The notes below the pieces were generated by a model, which was not told the DNA's origin, ran no database searches, and saw only the letters and a list, made by a program, of their open reading frames with translations. The translations under genes were made by a program, and so were the position numbers. A DNA stretch of 64,000 nucleotides, taken from assembly GCA_024137785.1 (NCBI GenBank), contig JAHRHZ010000062.1:36074808-36138807 (forward strand). Reading direction: 5' to 3'. This DNA comes from Ginglymostoma cirratum. Lineage: Eukaryota. Positions 1-12,701 of this stretch are shown here, one piece after another (the first letter of the stretch is position 1; each line of letters starts with the position of its first letter).

Positions 1-916
1 CCTCTGCACCTTTTCCAATGCTTTCACATCCTTCCTGTAATGGGGCGACCAGAACTGTACGCAATATTCCAAGTGAGGCCGCACTACCGTTTTGTACAGT
101 TGCAGCATGACATCACGGCTCCGGAACTCAATCCCTCTACCAATGAAACCTAACACACCGTATGCCTTTTTAACAGTACTATCAACCTGGGTGGCAACTT
201 TCAGGGATCTATGTACCTGGACACCAAGATCCCTCTGCACATCCACACTACCAAGAATCTTTCCATTGGCCCAGTATTCTGCCTTCCTACTATTCTTCCC
301 AAAGTGCATCATCTCACATTTATCCGCATTGAACTCCATTTGCCACCTTTCAGCCCAATTCTGCAGTTTAGCCAAATCTCCCTGCATCCTGCAACATTCT
401 TCCACACTGTCCACCACTCCACCGACTTTAGTGTCATCTGCAAACTTACTAACCCATCCACCTATGTCTGCGTCCAAGTCATTTATAAAAATGACAAACA
501 GCAGTGGTCCCAAAACAGATCCTTGTGGCACACCACGAGTAACTGGACTCCATGCTGAATATTTTCCATCAACCACCACTCTTTGCCTTCTTTCAGAAAG
601 CCAGTTTCTAATCCAAACTGCTAAATCTCCCTCAATCCCATGCCTCCGCATTTTCTCCAATAGCCTACCATGTGGAACCTTATCAAAGGCTTTACTGAAG
701 TCCATGTACACCACGTCAACTGCCCTACCCTCATCCACATGCTTGGTCACCTTCTCAAAAAACTCAATGAGGTTTGTGAGACACGACCTGCCCCTGACGA
801 ATCCATGTTGACTATCTCCAATCAAATTGTTGCTTGCTAGATGATTATAAATCCTATCTCTTATAATCCTTTCCAAAACTTTTCCTACAACAGATGTAAG
901 GCTCACTGGTCTATAA
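1..916 (-). mobile_element. CR1-clade LINE ORF2 reverse transcriptase fragment, uninterrupted over 305 codons
   Basis: Minus frame from 915 to 1: YRPVSLTSVVGK...QHGF...YMDFSKAFDKVPH...GVPQGSVLGPLLF...KFADDTK...VRPHLEYCVQFWSP with no stops; runs off the window edge. Confidence 0.95.
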
Positions 917-959
917 ATTGTGCTGTACTGTTCTGTGTTCTATGTTCTAAGGTGGTAAT

Positions 960-1385
960 TGCCTGAGTATTCCATTAAGGGGGTGAGCAAAATTGAAGTC
1001 AACGGAATCAGGAGCAAAGACTCAATCAGTTGCAGCCAGACCTAATGTGAACGAAGATGGTTATGGCTGTTAGAGGCCAATGCTTCAGCTCCAGGACACT
1101 GCTTTAGGCGTTTTTCAGTGCTGTGTCCAGGACTCAAGCCTTTTCAGCTGCTTCCCTCCTTCATTAAGTCAGAAGTGGAGATGTTTGCTGATAATTACAG
1201 TGTTCATTCTATCTGGAATTTCTCAAATGGTGAAGTATATCTGTCTCCATATGCAGCAAGACCTGACTAAAACTTTGTGGGGTTTAGACTGATAAGTGGC
1301 AGTAACAACAGCACTATAGAAGTCACAATAATCATCATATCTAACAAAAGAGTTCAACCAACTGTCCTTGACTTTCAATGAAATT
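960..1385 (+). mobile_element. Degraded LINE RT fragment, same family as 38395-41300
   Basis: Shares tcagaagtgg(g/a)gatgtttgctgat (MFAD) and flanking blocks with the reverse complement of ~39270-39520. Confidence 0.6.
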
Positions 1386-1439
1386 ACCATAGTAGTACAA
1401 AGTAATAGAAATATGTAGCATACATGCAGGATATTTGAC

Positions 1440-1780
1440 CTATTAAATTTGCACTGGCTGTCAAGTAACAATCTATCTTAAGTCTATTTTCCAGCTCTAG
1501 GTCCATAGTCTTGGAGTTTTAAAGCACTTCATTTATTTATTCAAGAATTTTAAAATGTTTTAAGGGTTTCAACCTCTACCATCCTTTCAGACAGCGAGTT
1601 CTAGATTCCCATCACTGTCTGCATAGAAATATTTCCCTTTGAAACCACCCTAAACCTCTTACCTTAAATCTATGCCCTCTGGTTATGGGCCCTTCAATAT
1701 GCCCTCCACTGTCTAGACACCTCATAATTTTATATACTTCACTTCAGTCTCCTCTCACCCTGCTTTATTCCAAAGAAAGC
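1440..1780 (-). mobile_element. Old CR1 3' fragment
   Basis: Typical antisense CR1 3' blocks (cctctaccatcctttcagacagcgagttc, accttaaatctatgccctctgg). Confidence 0.6.
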
Positions 1781-3233
1781 AATCTTAGGCAGTCTGTTCT
1801 CTTGAAGTGGGTGTGGTTGGGGAGGTAGTTCACCATTAAACAGAAATTTAACTGGACCAGGTATGTAAGTACTGCAACTCCAAAAAAAAAGGTCAGAACC
1901 TAGGTTTTCTACAGTGAGTTGTTCATTTCCTAACTCCCCAAAGTCTTCCAAAAATCCAGAAAATCCAGACTACTTTGCGCACTTGTTTGAACACATACAA
2001 TTCCAAGAACACTGATGAAATACAGTGTTAATTGAAACATTCATATAGTTCTGTCTAATTGAGCTCAAATAATAGGAATAGAACTAGAGGATATGTGTTA
2101 TGTGTACATTAGTTACGGCACGTTTAAACAGTAGACCTATGACTGCACACCCCGTGCCAGGGCATCTGTTATGTTTGAATTGCTTTGAGTTATGTTTGCT
2201 CTGAAGCCACTTGCAGTTCCTCTTTTTCTTCCTCCGACATATATCTGAGAAATATTGGGGACCCATTGGGATTCCATTTTGCAGTCTTTGAAAAATTTGG
2301 GTCAAAACGTGCAGGCTGAGAATATACTCCAGAAAGACCTAACTTTACAGCTGAGGCCAGAAAGTCAGATGTAGAGGAGGTAAAATTACACTAAAAAGTG
2401 TTCCCCATGAAACAACTTAGGTCGTTAGCCTTCAAGGCTTCATCTGCATCTTTGATTGCCAGTTCTTTGGCAGGATATTAGGTTTAGATATTTTCTAATC
2501 TATATGTTTAGAAATGTTATTACATATCTCTAGAGCAAGTCGGACTTGAAGCCAGGCCACCTGGTCAGTGCATACTACCACTGCACTACAAATACCTCCA
2601 GGTATATGCATTATACTGATACATAGTAGAAGGATGGAGTTCAGGGCAGAGATTGTGAATTTAGGATGGGGGAGATAATTCAATTCTAAAACTGTAATTT
2701 GTATCTTAGACTGCTAATTAGTACTTTAAATTAGGTGGATGTTAATTTGGATACATTATTCATGGGATGAAAGTCTGCTAGAATGGGATTCAGCTTCAAA
2801 TACTAGCCATGTACATAAGCACTGTTATAATTATGTCTTTCTTGATCTGACAAATTTCAAGATCATTTAATTAGGTGCAACTCAAAATTCATTGTCATTG
2901 GGGCTTGTGTCATCTTTTGATCAATAGTGCTTTAGGATAACAGCCAAAAATAGACTGTTATAGCATTTGTCACAGTTTACAGTAGTAGATTTTATAAGAA
3001 GTGCTATGACTTTTCGTTTTGTTTAAATTATTCGGCTGGCTGTACAACATTAGTTCGCTACACAAGATCACATTCCTTCTTAATGAGTCATTGCCTGGGT
3101 GTCACTGTGAAGAGTTTATAGATGAAGTAACAAGGAGCAGCAAGAAAATTATTGAATACACTAATAAGTGGCATGCTACATGACCAAATTTTAATGGAAC
3201 AAGAATGCCATTTTAACCTGAGTTTATATTTAC

Positions 3234-3326
3234 CTCAAGGCTCGTATTGTGGTTAATCCCTCCACAGTTTCAGAAAAATGGGATAACAGGGGAAGTTGTG
3301 TGCTGTCGTCTAATTGCTGGAGGTCT
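3234..3326 (-). CDS. ABCC8: ABCC8 exon 29 (93 nt); the gene continues beyond the left edge
   Basis: [30 protein letters not shown](R); AG/GTAAAT ends. Confidence 0.97.
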
Positions 3327-3779
3327 CTGCAGTAAATAGGAGAACGTAAGTAGAATGAGCATTCTATTGGTGGTAAAGATTTTACCGTATTCTTCATTCA
3401 AAAGATGGTAATCCTAATTCAGCTGCACTGGAACAAATTCTAATAAATATTTTCTCTGCCTAAATCTTCATGTGCGATAGGATTGTTAATTACAAAACTT
3501 GAAAATCTGAATTATATGAAATATTCACAAGCAGGATAGATATTTTCTAATCAAACAGTTTAAAGATGTTACGACATATTTGTCAACCAGCTGGGACTTG
3601 AAGCTAGGCCTCCTAGTTCAGAACCCATTCATAAACAGGATTAGAATATTTAATTTGTTCAATCAATGAGGAAGCATTCAACAATTTGTCAGTGATAATA
3701 TCATATATGAGATGTAAGTTTCTTATAGCTACTCCTGTAAAGGATTCTGATATTTCCCTTTGTGCATTCTAAACATACA

Positions 3780-4280
3780 ATAGGTACACTGGTAGTTGGG
3801 TGCCATTCTGTGAAGCTTTCACTTCAGAAAGGATCTATAGTCATTAGAACTTCAAATATGAGGAGAGGTTGAAATGTCAGTATCTCTATTTCTGGATTAG
3901 AGCAGGTTAAGAAATGATGGTGGAAATATTTTCAAGGTAGTGAGAAATTTTGGTAGACCATTTGGCGAAAAGCTGCTCAGCTCTGAGGCGTGCTTCAAAA
4001 ACCACAGGTCATAGATTTTTAAAATCATTAGCAAAAGATCTAAAGGGGACATCAAGAGATATTTTTTGAATCAAAGTTTTTATTTCATCCAGAACATTTA
4101 TCTGAAAAATCTGTTGGAAACTGATTCTATCAATTAACGTAAAAGAAATTGAATTGATACTGACAGAGTTTCGACAAAAAAAATGGCAATTTGGGGGTGA
4201 GCATGTCTGCTTTGTCGAAGAGCTGAAATAGGCCTGAGGGCCAATGGCCTCCTGTGGTGTATATTTCTATAATTCTACTA
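3780..4280 (+). mobile_element. Old CR1 3' fragment
   Basis: Degenerate CR1 ORF2 end and 3' UTR ending ggcctcctgtggtgtatatttctataattcta. Confidence 0.55.
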
Positions 4281-4806
4281 AAATTAATTTGATGCTGGAA
4301 CTGGAAGCTTTTATCTCCTCATTATGGTTAGGATTGAATCAAAGTTCAAAGGTGAAAAACATCTATCCAACTGCACCAAACAAGTTCAATAATATTTTAA
4401 TGCAGTTTTAATTCATCAAATGATATAATATCTCATATATATGGTTCTATATGACTATAGATCTTTCCTGAAGTGAAAGTTTCACAGAATTGCCCACAAT
4501 GCTCTAAGTGAGACTTAACCAATTATTTAAATATTCTAACAACATTTTTTGTTTTCATATGTTATTCCACTATTTACAAAAAAAAAGTAACCCGTTTTTT
4601 AAAAAAAAACTTTAGGGTTCTACGAACACCAAAATTTCTTTGCTTATTTACACTTTTCAAAATTGTGCCATTTCTTGTAAATTATCTCTCTATTTCCGTC
4701 TTACCAATATTCGCCATTTAAACTTGTATACATTGAATTCCATCTGTCTTATTGCAAATTTTGTATTGGCATGTCCAAAAAGGCATGAAGAGGTCTTAAA
4801 TTGTTT

Positions 4807-4957
4807 ATAAAAACAAAAACAGAAGAAGGAAGGGTCACTGGACCCGAAATGTTAACTCTGATTTCTCTTCACAGATGCTGCCAAACCTGAAGTGCTTTTC
4901 CAGCAACTTCTGTTTTTGTTTCTGATTTCCAGCATCCGCAGTTCTTTTGGTTATTTT
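4807..4957 (+). mobile_element. Short Penelope-tail insertion with a degenerate hammerhead motif and 13-bp TSD
   Basis: TSD tcttaaattgttt at 4794-4806 and 4958-4970; ggaagggtcactggacccgaaatgttaactct followed by the conserved tail. Confidence 0.8.
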
Positions 4958-5589
4958 TCTTAAATTGTTTGTGTTTTGGAAAATATATTCTCTTGTGTTT
5001 TTTTAAAAATGAACACTTGAAAGTTTTAAAATAGCTACCAACCACAGAATCTGCTTTCCAGAAACTTCCAGATGACAAAAACTCACTTAATACCCTCTGG
5101 GACTGTCACATCTTTGCAGTGCAAACACCTTCTGGTCAAAATCATGCAAAGGAGCAATGAACAGTCTGTCTCCTCCAGTTGTGTTTGGTTTCAAATAAAA
5201 CTGCACTGCACAAAATTAAAACTCAATGCTAGAGACTGCCCTCATGGTCCCCACAAGAATCTCCCAAAATTAGATTGGTTTGACCAGATGCATCAAAGCT
5301 ACCTCTTTCACTGAAGCGACTCACCCAGGAACCCTGGACACGTGGCTACATGTTTTTTGAGTAGTTTTCATTAGACAGCTTAAATGTCTTCCTTCAAATT
5401 GCTTTTATCATCGGGACAGAAATAAGAGGAGCAGCTTTAGGCTGTTAACAGCCTGCCTCTAGTCTCAAGCTCTTTTGAAATCTTGGTTTCTTGGAAGAAT
5501 TCAATATCTCACCTAAAATGTGAACTAATTCCCAGTCACAAAAAAAGTTTTAATCTATATTCTCCAACAAGTATTATTTGTTTTCCTAA

Positions 5590-6020
5590 TGAACCTGTCC
5601 ATAGATGTTATTAAACAATTCTGAAGCAGGTGGGACATGAACCAATGTCTTCTGGACCAGAGGTAGGACACTACCACAAGATCCAGTTCAACAGGAATTG
5701 ATTTTTTAAGCTTTAATTTTTAAAAAATGTAACCTATTTTTACAACCAATTTGTTCAGAGATATTACTATACACATCTGGAAGGTGGGATTTGAACTGGG
5801 CCTTTTGGTCTAGGGACACTACCACTGTGTGACAAGAGTCCCTCAACACGAATTATTATCTTTAATTGTGTTTTTATTCAACTAATTTATATAATCAACC
5901 TATTCAGAGACTTTATTGCACACCTCTGGAGCAGGTGAGACTTGAACCCAGTCCTCCCAGGGGCAAGGACACTACCACGGCACCACAAGACAGCGCCAAA
6001 CAGGAATTATTTTTCTGCAT
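5590..6020 (-). repeat. Three tandem ~150-bp units, each with a tRNA-like SINE head
   Basis: Repeated core ctggagcaggtg(g/a)gacttgaacc...ggacactaccac...acaaga; single copies at ~2535, ~3590, ~24340 and ~43570. Confidence 0.75.
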
Positions 6021-6419
6021 CTTCAACTGCATTCATTTGTGTCTGATATCTACATAAATGAATTCTGCCAGACCAGCCAAGTGCAAAAAATCACTGCACA
6101 TTGACTTTTTGGACTCTAATTTGTGAGAATGAATCTTTGAACCTGAAGAATTTGTAATTGTAAATTCTTTCCTTTTCCTTTTCCTTTTGCTCTTTTTTGT
6201 ATACTTGTGCTAGGATCAGTCACAATAATTAGCCTCCTTTGTTTTAACTTTTTTAAAATTGGACTTCACAAACTAGTTTTGGGGAAATGCATCACTGCAT
6301 ATTTTAAAATGGTAATAGCATAAGAATAAAAATCATATCTGTTATGCAAAAAGGAGGACAACTATAAAAATATTCAATTGAACTCTTGTCTATTACACTT
6401 CCACCTGAAAATTTTATAA

Positions 6420-7560
6420 CTTTGATCCTTACATCAATAACTTACATTTATAAAATATTTAACATAATCAAATAGACTAAAATCATTATCAATTTAAAAA
6501 AATGACATTTTGAGACTAAGCGTAGGAGGACACCTCAGGAAAAGAATGATCATCGCAGGATCAAAGAGGTAAATTTTTAGGAGCAATACATAGGAAGGTG
6601 GAGAGGTTTAGGGACACAAATTCAGAGCTTAGGGCCAATGCAACGAAAAGCACTACCACTAATAGGGCGAGTGATTAAAATAAGAAATGTTCAAAAGCCT
6701 AAAATTGGAGTAGGATTTAGTAGAGGCAGTAGAGTTTTGGATGAGCAGTGTTTATTTAAGGTTGAAGGTGGGAAGCCAGCTGGTGGAGTATTGTGGTAGC
6801 CAAGTCTGGAAGGACCAATGGCATGGATGAATGCTTGGAATCGCAGGTGAAAGTAGGCTGTCTTGGTGTAGAACAGATAAGTTGGAAATTCAACTCAGGA
6901 TCCAACACAAATGGTCTTACTCATGTTAAGGCAGTTACTAGGGATGAAAATGTTAAACAAGGAAGGGGCTTTGTGGTGAGTACCAATGAGAATGTTTTCA
7001 GCCATTCTAACATTTTTGTTGGAAGAAATTTCTGATCATCCTCGAACAGATATTAAGTCAGCAATATGACAAATCAGAAACAACAGAGGGGTTCACATAT
7101 GTGATGATGAGATGGCGTATCCTTAACAATACATGTGGAATCTGATGTTACGTTTTTGGATGATATTGCTGAGGACTAGCATGAGGTGAGGAATGGAAAG
7201 GGGTTAAGATTAGATCCTTGGGCAACTCCAGAGTTAATAGAACAAGAGTAGAAAAAGTCATTGCAGATAATTCTCTGGTTATGATTAGGTACAGAAAATC
7301 AAACTAAGCTAGGCAAGTCCACCCTCCTGCATGTTGGAGCAGAGCTACTGGAGGTGTCAACTGTAGATTAATTGTGCTTAATTTATGCAGATTGGGGCAT
7401 AAATTGGGAATTTACATGAACAACTATAGAAGACCTTGAATAGAACTGTTGTTGTTCCATTAGAATGTTTGCAACTAAATAAATAGAAACATTTGCTAAG
7501 ATTAGCTTTAGTTATACTCTTCATCAGCTGGGTCCTAGGATTAAAACGAGAGCAGATTGT
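6420..7560 (-). mobile_element. Old L2-like LINE remnant
   Basis: Degenerate L2-type blocks (aggtttagggacacaaattcagagcttaggg; tagatccttgggcaactccag); similar piece at ~25870-26520. Confidence 0.5.
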
Positions 7561-7967
7561 TGCGGCCAACTGTGTTTAAGTTAGTAAATAGGTCCAGAAG
7601 GACGTTAAAGGATAGCATACAGTCACAAAGAATGCAACTTGTCTTAACGCAATTAATAGTGAACTGCCCTCAGTCGGTAATCTCACTCAAAAAGACCAGA
7701 GAGTGGCTAGTTTTAGAAAGGGCACACTAGTTCAATCAAAATTTCTCTTTAGTCACTGGGTTTTACAGGTACTAAAAGTTGTTGGGATAGACTTTAGGGA
7801 GCTTTGCTCCGCACTTCACCATGCTTCACCCTACCAGTGAGAGATGGCTAATACAGGAGTTCCAGTTTCCCAGTGGCAGTAGCCTTCACCTTGATGCTAT
7901 CAACAGGCTGGTTCTGTAATTTGAACTCTCTATACAACAGCATATTCAGTTCCTGATGGGAAGTTAC

Positions 7968-8125
7968 CTGGATGCCACTCTGAAGTATTTCTGAATGAAG
8001 TAATAAGCCACAGCGAGAGGAACTAAGGTAATAAGGAATACAGGGGTCACGTACGAGATCACAGCCAAGGCAGAGACACACAGAAGAGTTGATCGACTGA
8101 GACACTCCAGAGTGGCAGGAATGTG
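7968..8125 (-). CDS. ABCC8: ABCC8 exon 28 (158 nt)
   Basis: [52 protein letters not shown](R), near-identical to SUR1; AG/GTAAC ends. Confidence 0.97.
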
Positions 8126-8469
8126 CTGAAAATAAACACACCAAAGCATCAAATCATTCAAAATTAATTAAAACTATATTAGAATTTCATAATCAGCCCC
8201 TGTTCTTCAAATCTATTGATCAAACCAAATTATCACTCAAACAGCTCTTTTAGTACTAGTGAGAATTCAAGGATTTGACTGTGTCAAGGAGGTGAAAATC
8301 AAGGAGGTGAACATACATGGTTTCTCTAATAACATCAGATTAGCTTTTTGAAAGCTTATAGCTTCACTTACTCTATCTACAGCAGCTCTCCCATGATGTT
8401 ACAAATATTCAACATTTATCAAAAAGATTTTAGAAACAATAATCAAGAGTAAGTTAATAACACAGACTA

Positions 8470-8694
8470 CCAGCAGTCCCTGGGTTTTGAACAGTTTCTG
8501 TTCTGGATTCTGTTTGCAAGTTGATTTGTATGCAAGTCGGAACACATTGCAGGTGAATATAAAACAGCCTTTTGTAAGTATGAGGAAATATTCACTTTAG
8601 ATCTTTAGAATTAAACTTAATACACCCTTGTATGGGATTGCATTCATAACTATGAGCATTTGTAAGTCGCATATTCATAAGTTGGGGACCCCTG
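8470..8694. mobile_element. Tc1/mariner (Tigger/pogo-like) MITE
   Basis: TA on both sides; imperfect terminal inverted repeats (TIRs) ccagcagtccctgggtt / aagttggggacccctg. Confidence 0.6.
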
Positions 8695-8699
8695 TATTT

Positions 8700-9860
8700 A
8701 AAGACAGCCAGCAAAAGAGTGGTTTCTGATGAGGTGACAAAGGGTGTGGATGAGAAGATTGCTGTTGATATTGAGTATATAGATTTATAAAAGGTATTTG
8801 TTAACGTACCACTTGTTATGTTACTGGTAAGATTAAAGTCTGAGAGATACAGGGGGCAGTAACAGCAGGGATACAAAATTAGGTAAGGGACAGGTACAAA
8901 CAGATGTAGTGAATGGCCTTTAATCATACAAGAGGAAGGAATGCAGAGTTAGCGCCTAAGGCTCAGTATTCAGACCATTGTTGTTTTTGATAGACATGAG
9001 TGAACTTGGATTGGAGACGCACAGTCTCAAAGTTTGAACATGACTTAAAACGCGCAAGGGTAATATACTTTAGGAAAGGCTTCAAAAGCTGTGGAATGGG
9101 TGATGCATGACAAATGAATTGTAACAGAAAACTGTGTGAAATGACATTATCAGGAAGAATAAGGCAAGACAATACAAACAAAAGACTACAATTTTCATGG
9201 AGGAACAAGAACAGAGTGTTGTACACAAATCATTGAAGATTACCGAAATAGATAATGGAATATACGAAATCATGTACAAAAGCCTGGAACTTATAGTAAA
9301 CCCACAGTAAACACTACTTCTTATAAAGCTGATGTATTGTGTCTTGTTATGAAATCAAGTCGAAATGTTGCTTGTATTACTTTATGAAGAATATGAAGGC
9401 TTTGGGAAGGATGCAGAAGAGATTTCCCAGGGCTGAAGGATACAGTTAGGTAGTTAGACTGGAGAAGCCAGGGTTACTTTCCACAAAGCAAAGAAAATTA
9501 ACAAGGGACTTGATAGAGATGTATAAAATCAAGGAGAGTTCGATGAAATCGTTGAACAGAAACTGTTTCCAATGGTTTAAGATTTGATGACCAGAAGACA
9601 CAGATTTAAGTGAATGGTTAAAAATCGAGGAGAAATTAAGTTATTTTTAAGAAAATGAATGGTTAGGATTTGGAATGCTCGATAAGATGATGGATATAGA
9701 TTAAAGAGTAGCCTTCAAAAGGGATTTGGGTAAACAGTTGAAGAAAAAGACAATTGCAAGAGTATGAAAAAAAATTGGGAATTTAATTTACAAAGGAGCT
9801 AGGACAGACTCACTGAGCTAAAGAGTGTCCTTTTGGTGCACCTTACTATAATTCTATGAG
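8700..9860 (+). mobile_element. Degraded CR1 LINE (RT to 3' end)
   Basis: Remnants of EVTK-VDE...AVD-Y-DF-K-F; CR1 3' tail ending tactataattctatgagtcta. Confidence 0.75.
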
Positions 9861-11259
9861 TCTAATTATTGGAAACTAGACACCAAAAGGATGTTTATTG
9901 GCATTGATAAGCAGGTTGATGGGACATTTTATGATTTTCATATTAAAATTGCTCATGCCGTGGGCATGCAAAGATAAGGCTGTGAAGCACATGTGCACGT
10001 ATACACCTAAAACAATGTAAAATGCTGGGGTCAGCAACATCTTCTAGGTTCTAGAACAGTAACAAGCCCTAGTAATATCAATCCACAAGGTTCTGAAGCA
10101 CCACAAAAAACACTTGTTTTTCATTCTCAGAGGAGGAGAATGCTTAGTCTTCATCTTTTGCTATTATTCTTTCCTGCAGCTGCTGGATAATACAGAGGAA
10201 GGAATGAAGGATAGAGAGCCTTTACTTTTCTCCTTCATCATATAAGGAGGATGGTGATAAAGGTGATGAATAATAAGACAAGCAACAATTCGACTTGACT
10301 CAATCAGGCCCATTCACCTCTGCCCCAAGCGTCCTATAGGTTATTGCCTACAGTATTTGCTTCCTGTCTCCCAACTCGGAGAACTTACGCCTGTAGATAT
10401 TAGCTAGGGATAATGAGGAATTTACTGATGCTTGGAAATTCATCTATAATATCAAACCTGGTGCAGAGTGGGCAATGCTCCCTTCCTAGTTGAAGCTAAT
10501 AAGAGTAAAAATGGCTTCATAATTGTGGAATCAAGCAGCAGATATCTAAAGAGGAGGTTTCACTAACATCACAGCTAGGCGCAAGCTTTGAGGGCAATCT
10601 CACAGGATGTGCAGCAGCTGTTAGAAATGGCAGATTTCCTCTGTGGCAACATCTCATAGCTTTGTGCACTTGGCAGGCACCACTAAAACATCCTGCATCA
10701 GGCCCACATAAAGGAGGCAGATAGAGATCTCGGCAGATATTGTTCAATTATGATAATTGCAAAATCCATTATTATAATTGAGCACATACTTGAGCTCCCT
10801 TTTTAATGTGAACTAATAGCAGGCTGTTGTACCTCAGGCAAGATCCTTCCAGTGAGTCAGCAACTCCACTGAACAATATCTGCTGAGATCTCAGTCTGCA
10901 TCTTATATTGGGGGCATGATGCAGGATCACTGCAGTCTCACTTGTATTCATAGAATCAGACTGAGGTCTCAGTATATACTGTTCAGCTGTCCATGCTCAG
11001 AGATGTCTTAAATCTAAATATCCAGGAGAAAGCTGTGCCCCATTATTTGAATGTAAAAATGTCTGTGTCTATTTTACAGTTCACATCTATGCAGATCTCA
11101 TTTACACCTTTGCAGTCATTTTTAGTTACCGCATTCCAATGCTGGGTGGTAACTACCTGACATTCTCACTGTTTCCTGTTACAGTTCATGAAGATTCTGT
11201 CATCATTCAAGAAAATCTGCATACTGAAAGACCCCTGAACAATCAGGGAAGTATCTCAC

Positions 11260-11329
11260 CTGGTCAATGATATTGGTGTCTGCAGAAAATCGATTCAGTA
11301 TGTTTCCAAGAGGAGTGGTTTCAAAGAAC
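11260..11329 (-). CDS. ABCC8: ABCC8 exon 27 (70 nt)
   Basis: [23 protein letters not shown]; AG/GTGAG ends. Confidence 0.97.
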
Positions 11330-12534
11330 CTGAAGGGAAACAAGCAGCAATAAGGAATTTGTACCAAATATTTAGAGGTGATAGCTACTTTGTATTTTGT
11401 GGTGCTCCGCTTTGATCCCTTGGCTTACACGAGATTTAGTTCTGCTGCACCATTCACTTTGTAGTTACTGGTAGTAATTTCTGATGACTATTACAATTGT
11501 AATTAAGTACCCTTGATAATGCTTAAATGACATGTTGATAAAGAGCTACCCACAACTCTAATGGTTGTCTATAAAGATTTCCCTTGTCACTTATAGCTTC
11601 TAATTTCCTAAGTCTTGCCTTGTAATCTCTAGTTCAAATTAGTTGGAAGCAAATGGAAGCAAATTACTTTCATATATAAATTTTGTTAATTCCTTTCGGG
11701 ATCACTGGTGCTATATCACCAGAAGCTACTTTTAATCAGCTAAGCCCTGTCCAATTTATTATTCTTTTAAGTGAGGAATTCTGAGAAAAGAATTACAAAA
11801 TTTCTTCAATTTATCTGCCTACCAGCATTCTGCATCAAAGCAGACTAACATCAGGCTGTGGGCAGATCTAGAAATTTGTGTGCATGCCTAAGTTGCCAAT
11901 TCCTTTGAAATTTTGACTGTCTCACTTTGATTGAAAAACAATTACAGCAAGATGAGCACTCAAATGTGACAAGCTACCTTTTAAACTATGGGGGTAACTT
12001 AAACCTAATCAAATGGTGGGTGTTGCATTGGGCTTTGGTTACTACCACTAGTGGCTTGTGTTTGGGGTAATCAGCTGCATCAATCCTCCTTGTATTGCTG
12101 AGTATAATGGCCTGTTTAATTATCAGTGGAAAGGTATAAACCACAAGAGAGTCTTAACAAGAAGAGGCACTCACCTTACATAACAAAGTGCAGCTCATTG
12201 CATGATTACAATAGGTACAAATAACATTAACTAATTAGGTATAATTATAATTATTAGGAACCAGATATGACATATCAGTCTCCACCGGGACCTAGACAAT
12301 TCTGCATCCAAAGACAGTGGGACATTGTTAGAGTTGAACACAGATTAAACATCAACTCTTTCAGAAGCATTACTTTATAAATAGTGGGGAAATGAAGTCG
12401 ATAAGAAATGAAACTCGGCAACAGGTAAATTGAGCTGTTGGTTGGAGTCTTGTCAGGTGTTTGAGGTTAAAAATACATCCTTATAATTTAAAGTTAATAT
12501 CAATGAAAGATAATTTGAGAAGATGGTCCAATAC

Positions 12535-12701
12535 CTCATGGGTGCCAGGATGACCTTGTTGAGTAAACTCTTGTGTAGTTCCTTGGTCACTTTGAGACCT
12601 GTCCATTCCACAGCGATAGAGGTAACTAAACAGAGGACAATTCCCAGGCAGCACAGAATGCTGAACACTATTGTGTAGGAGGAATGATTGAAGCGACAGT
12701 C
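12535..12701 (-). CDS. ABCC8: ABCC8 exon 26 (167 nt)
   Basis: [55 protein letters not shown](R); AG/GTATT ends. Confidence 0.97.

Noticed and set aside
92-811. 239-aa plus-strand ORF
   Set aside because: It is the antisense shadow of the CR1 RT frame on the minus strand.
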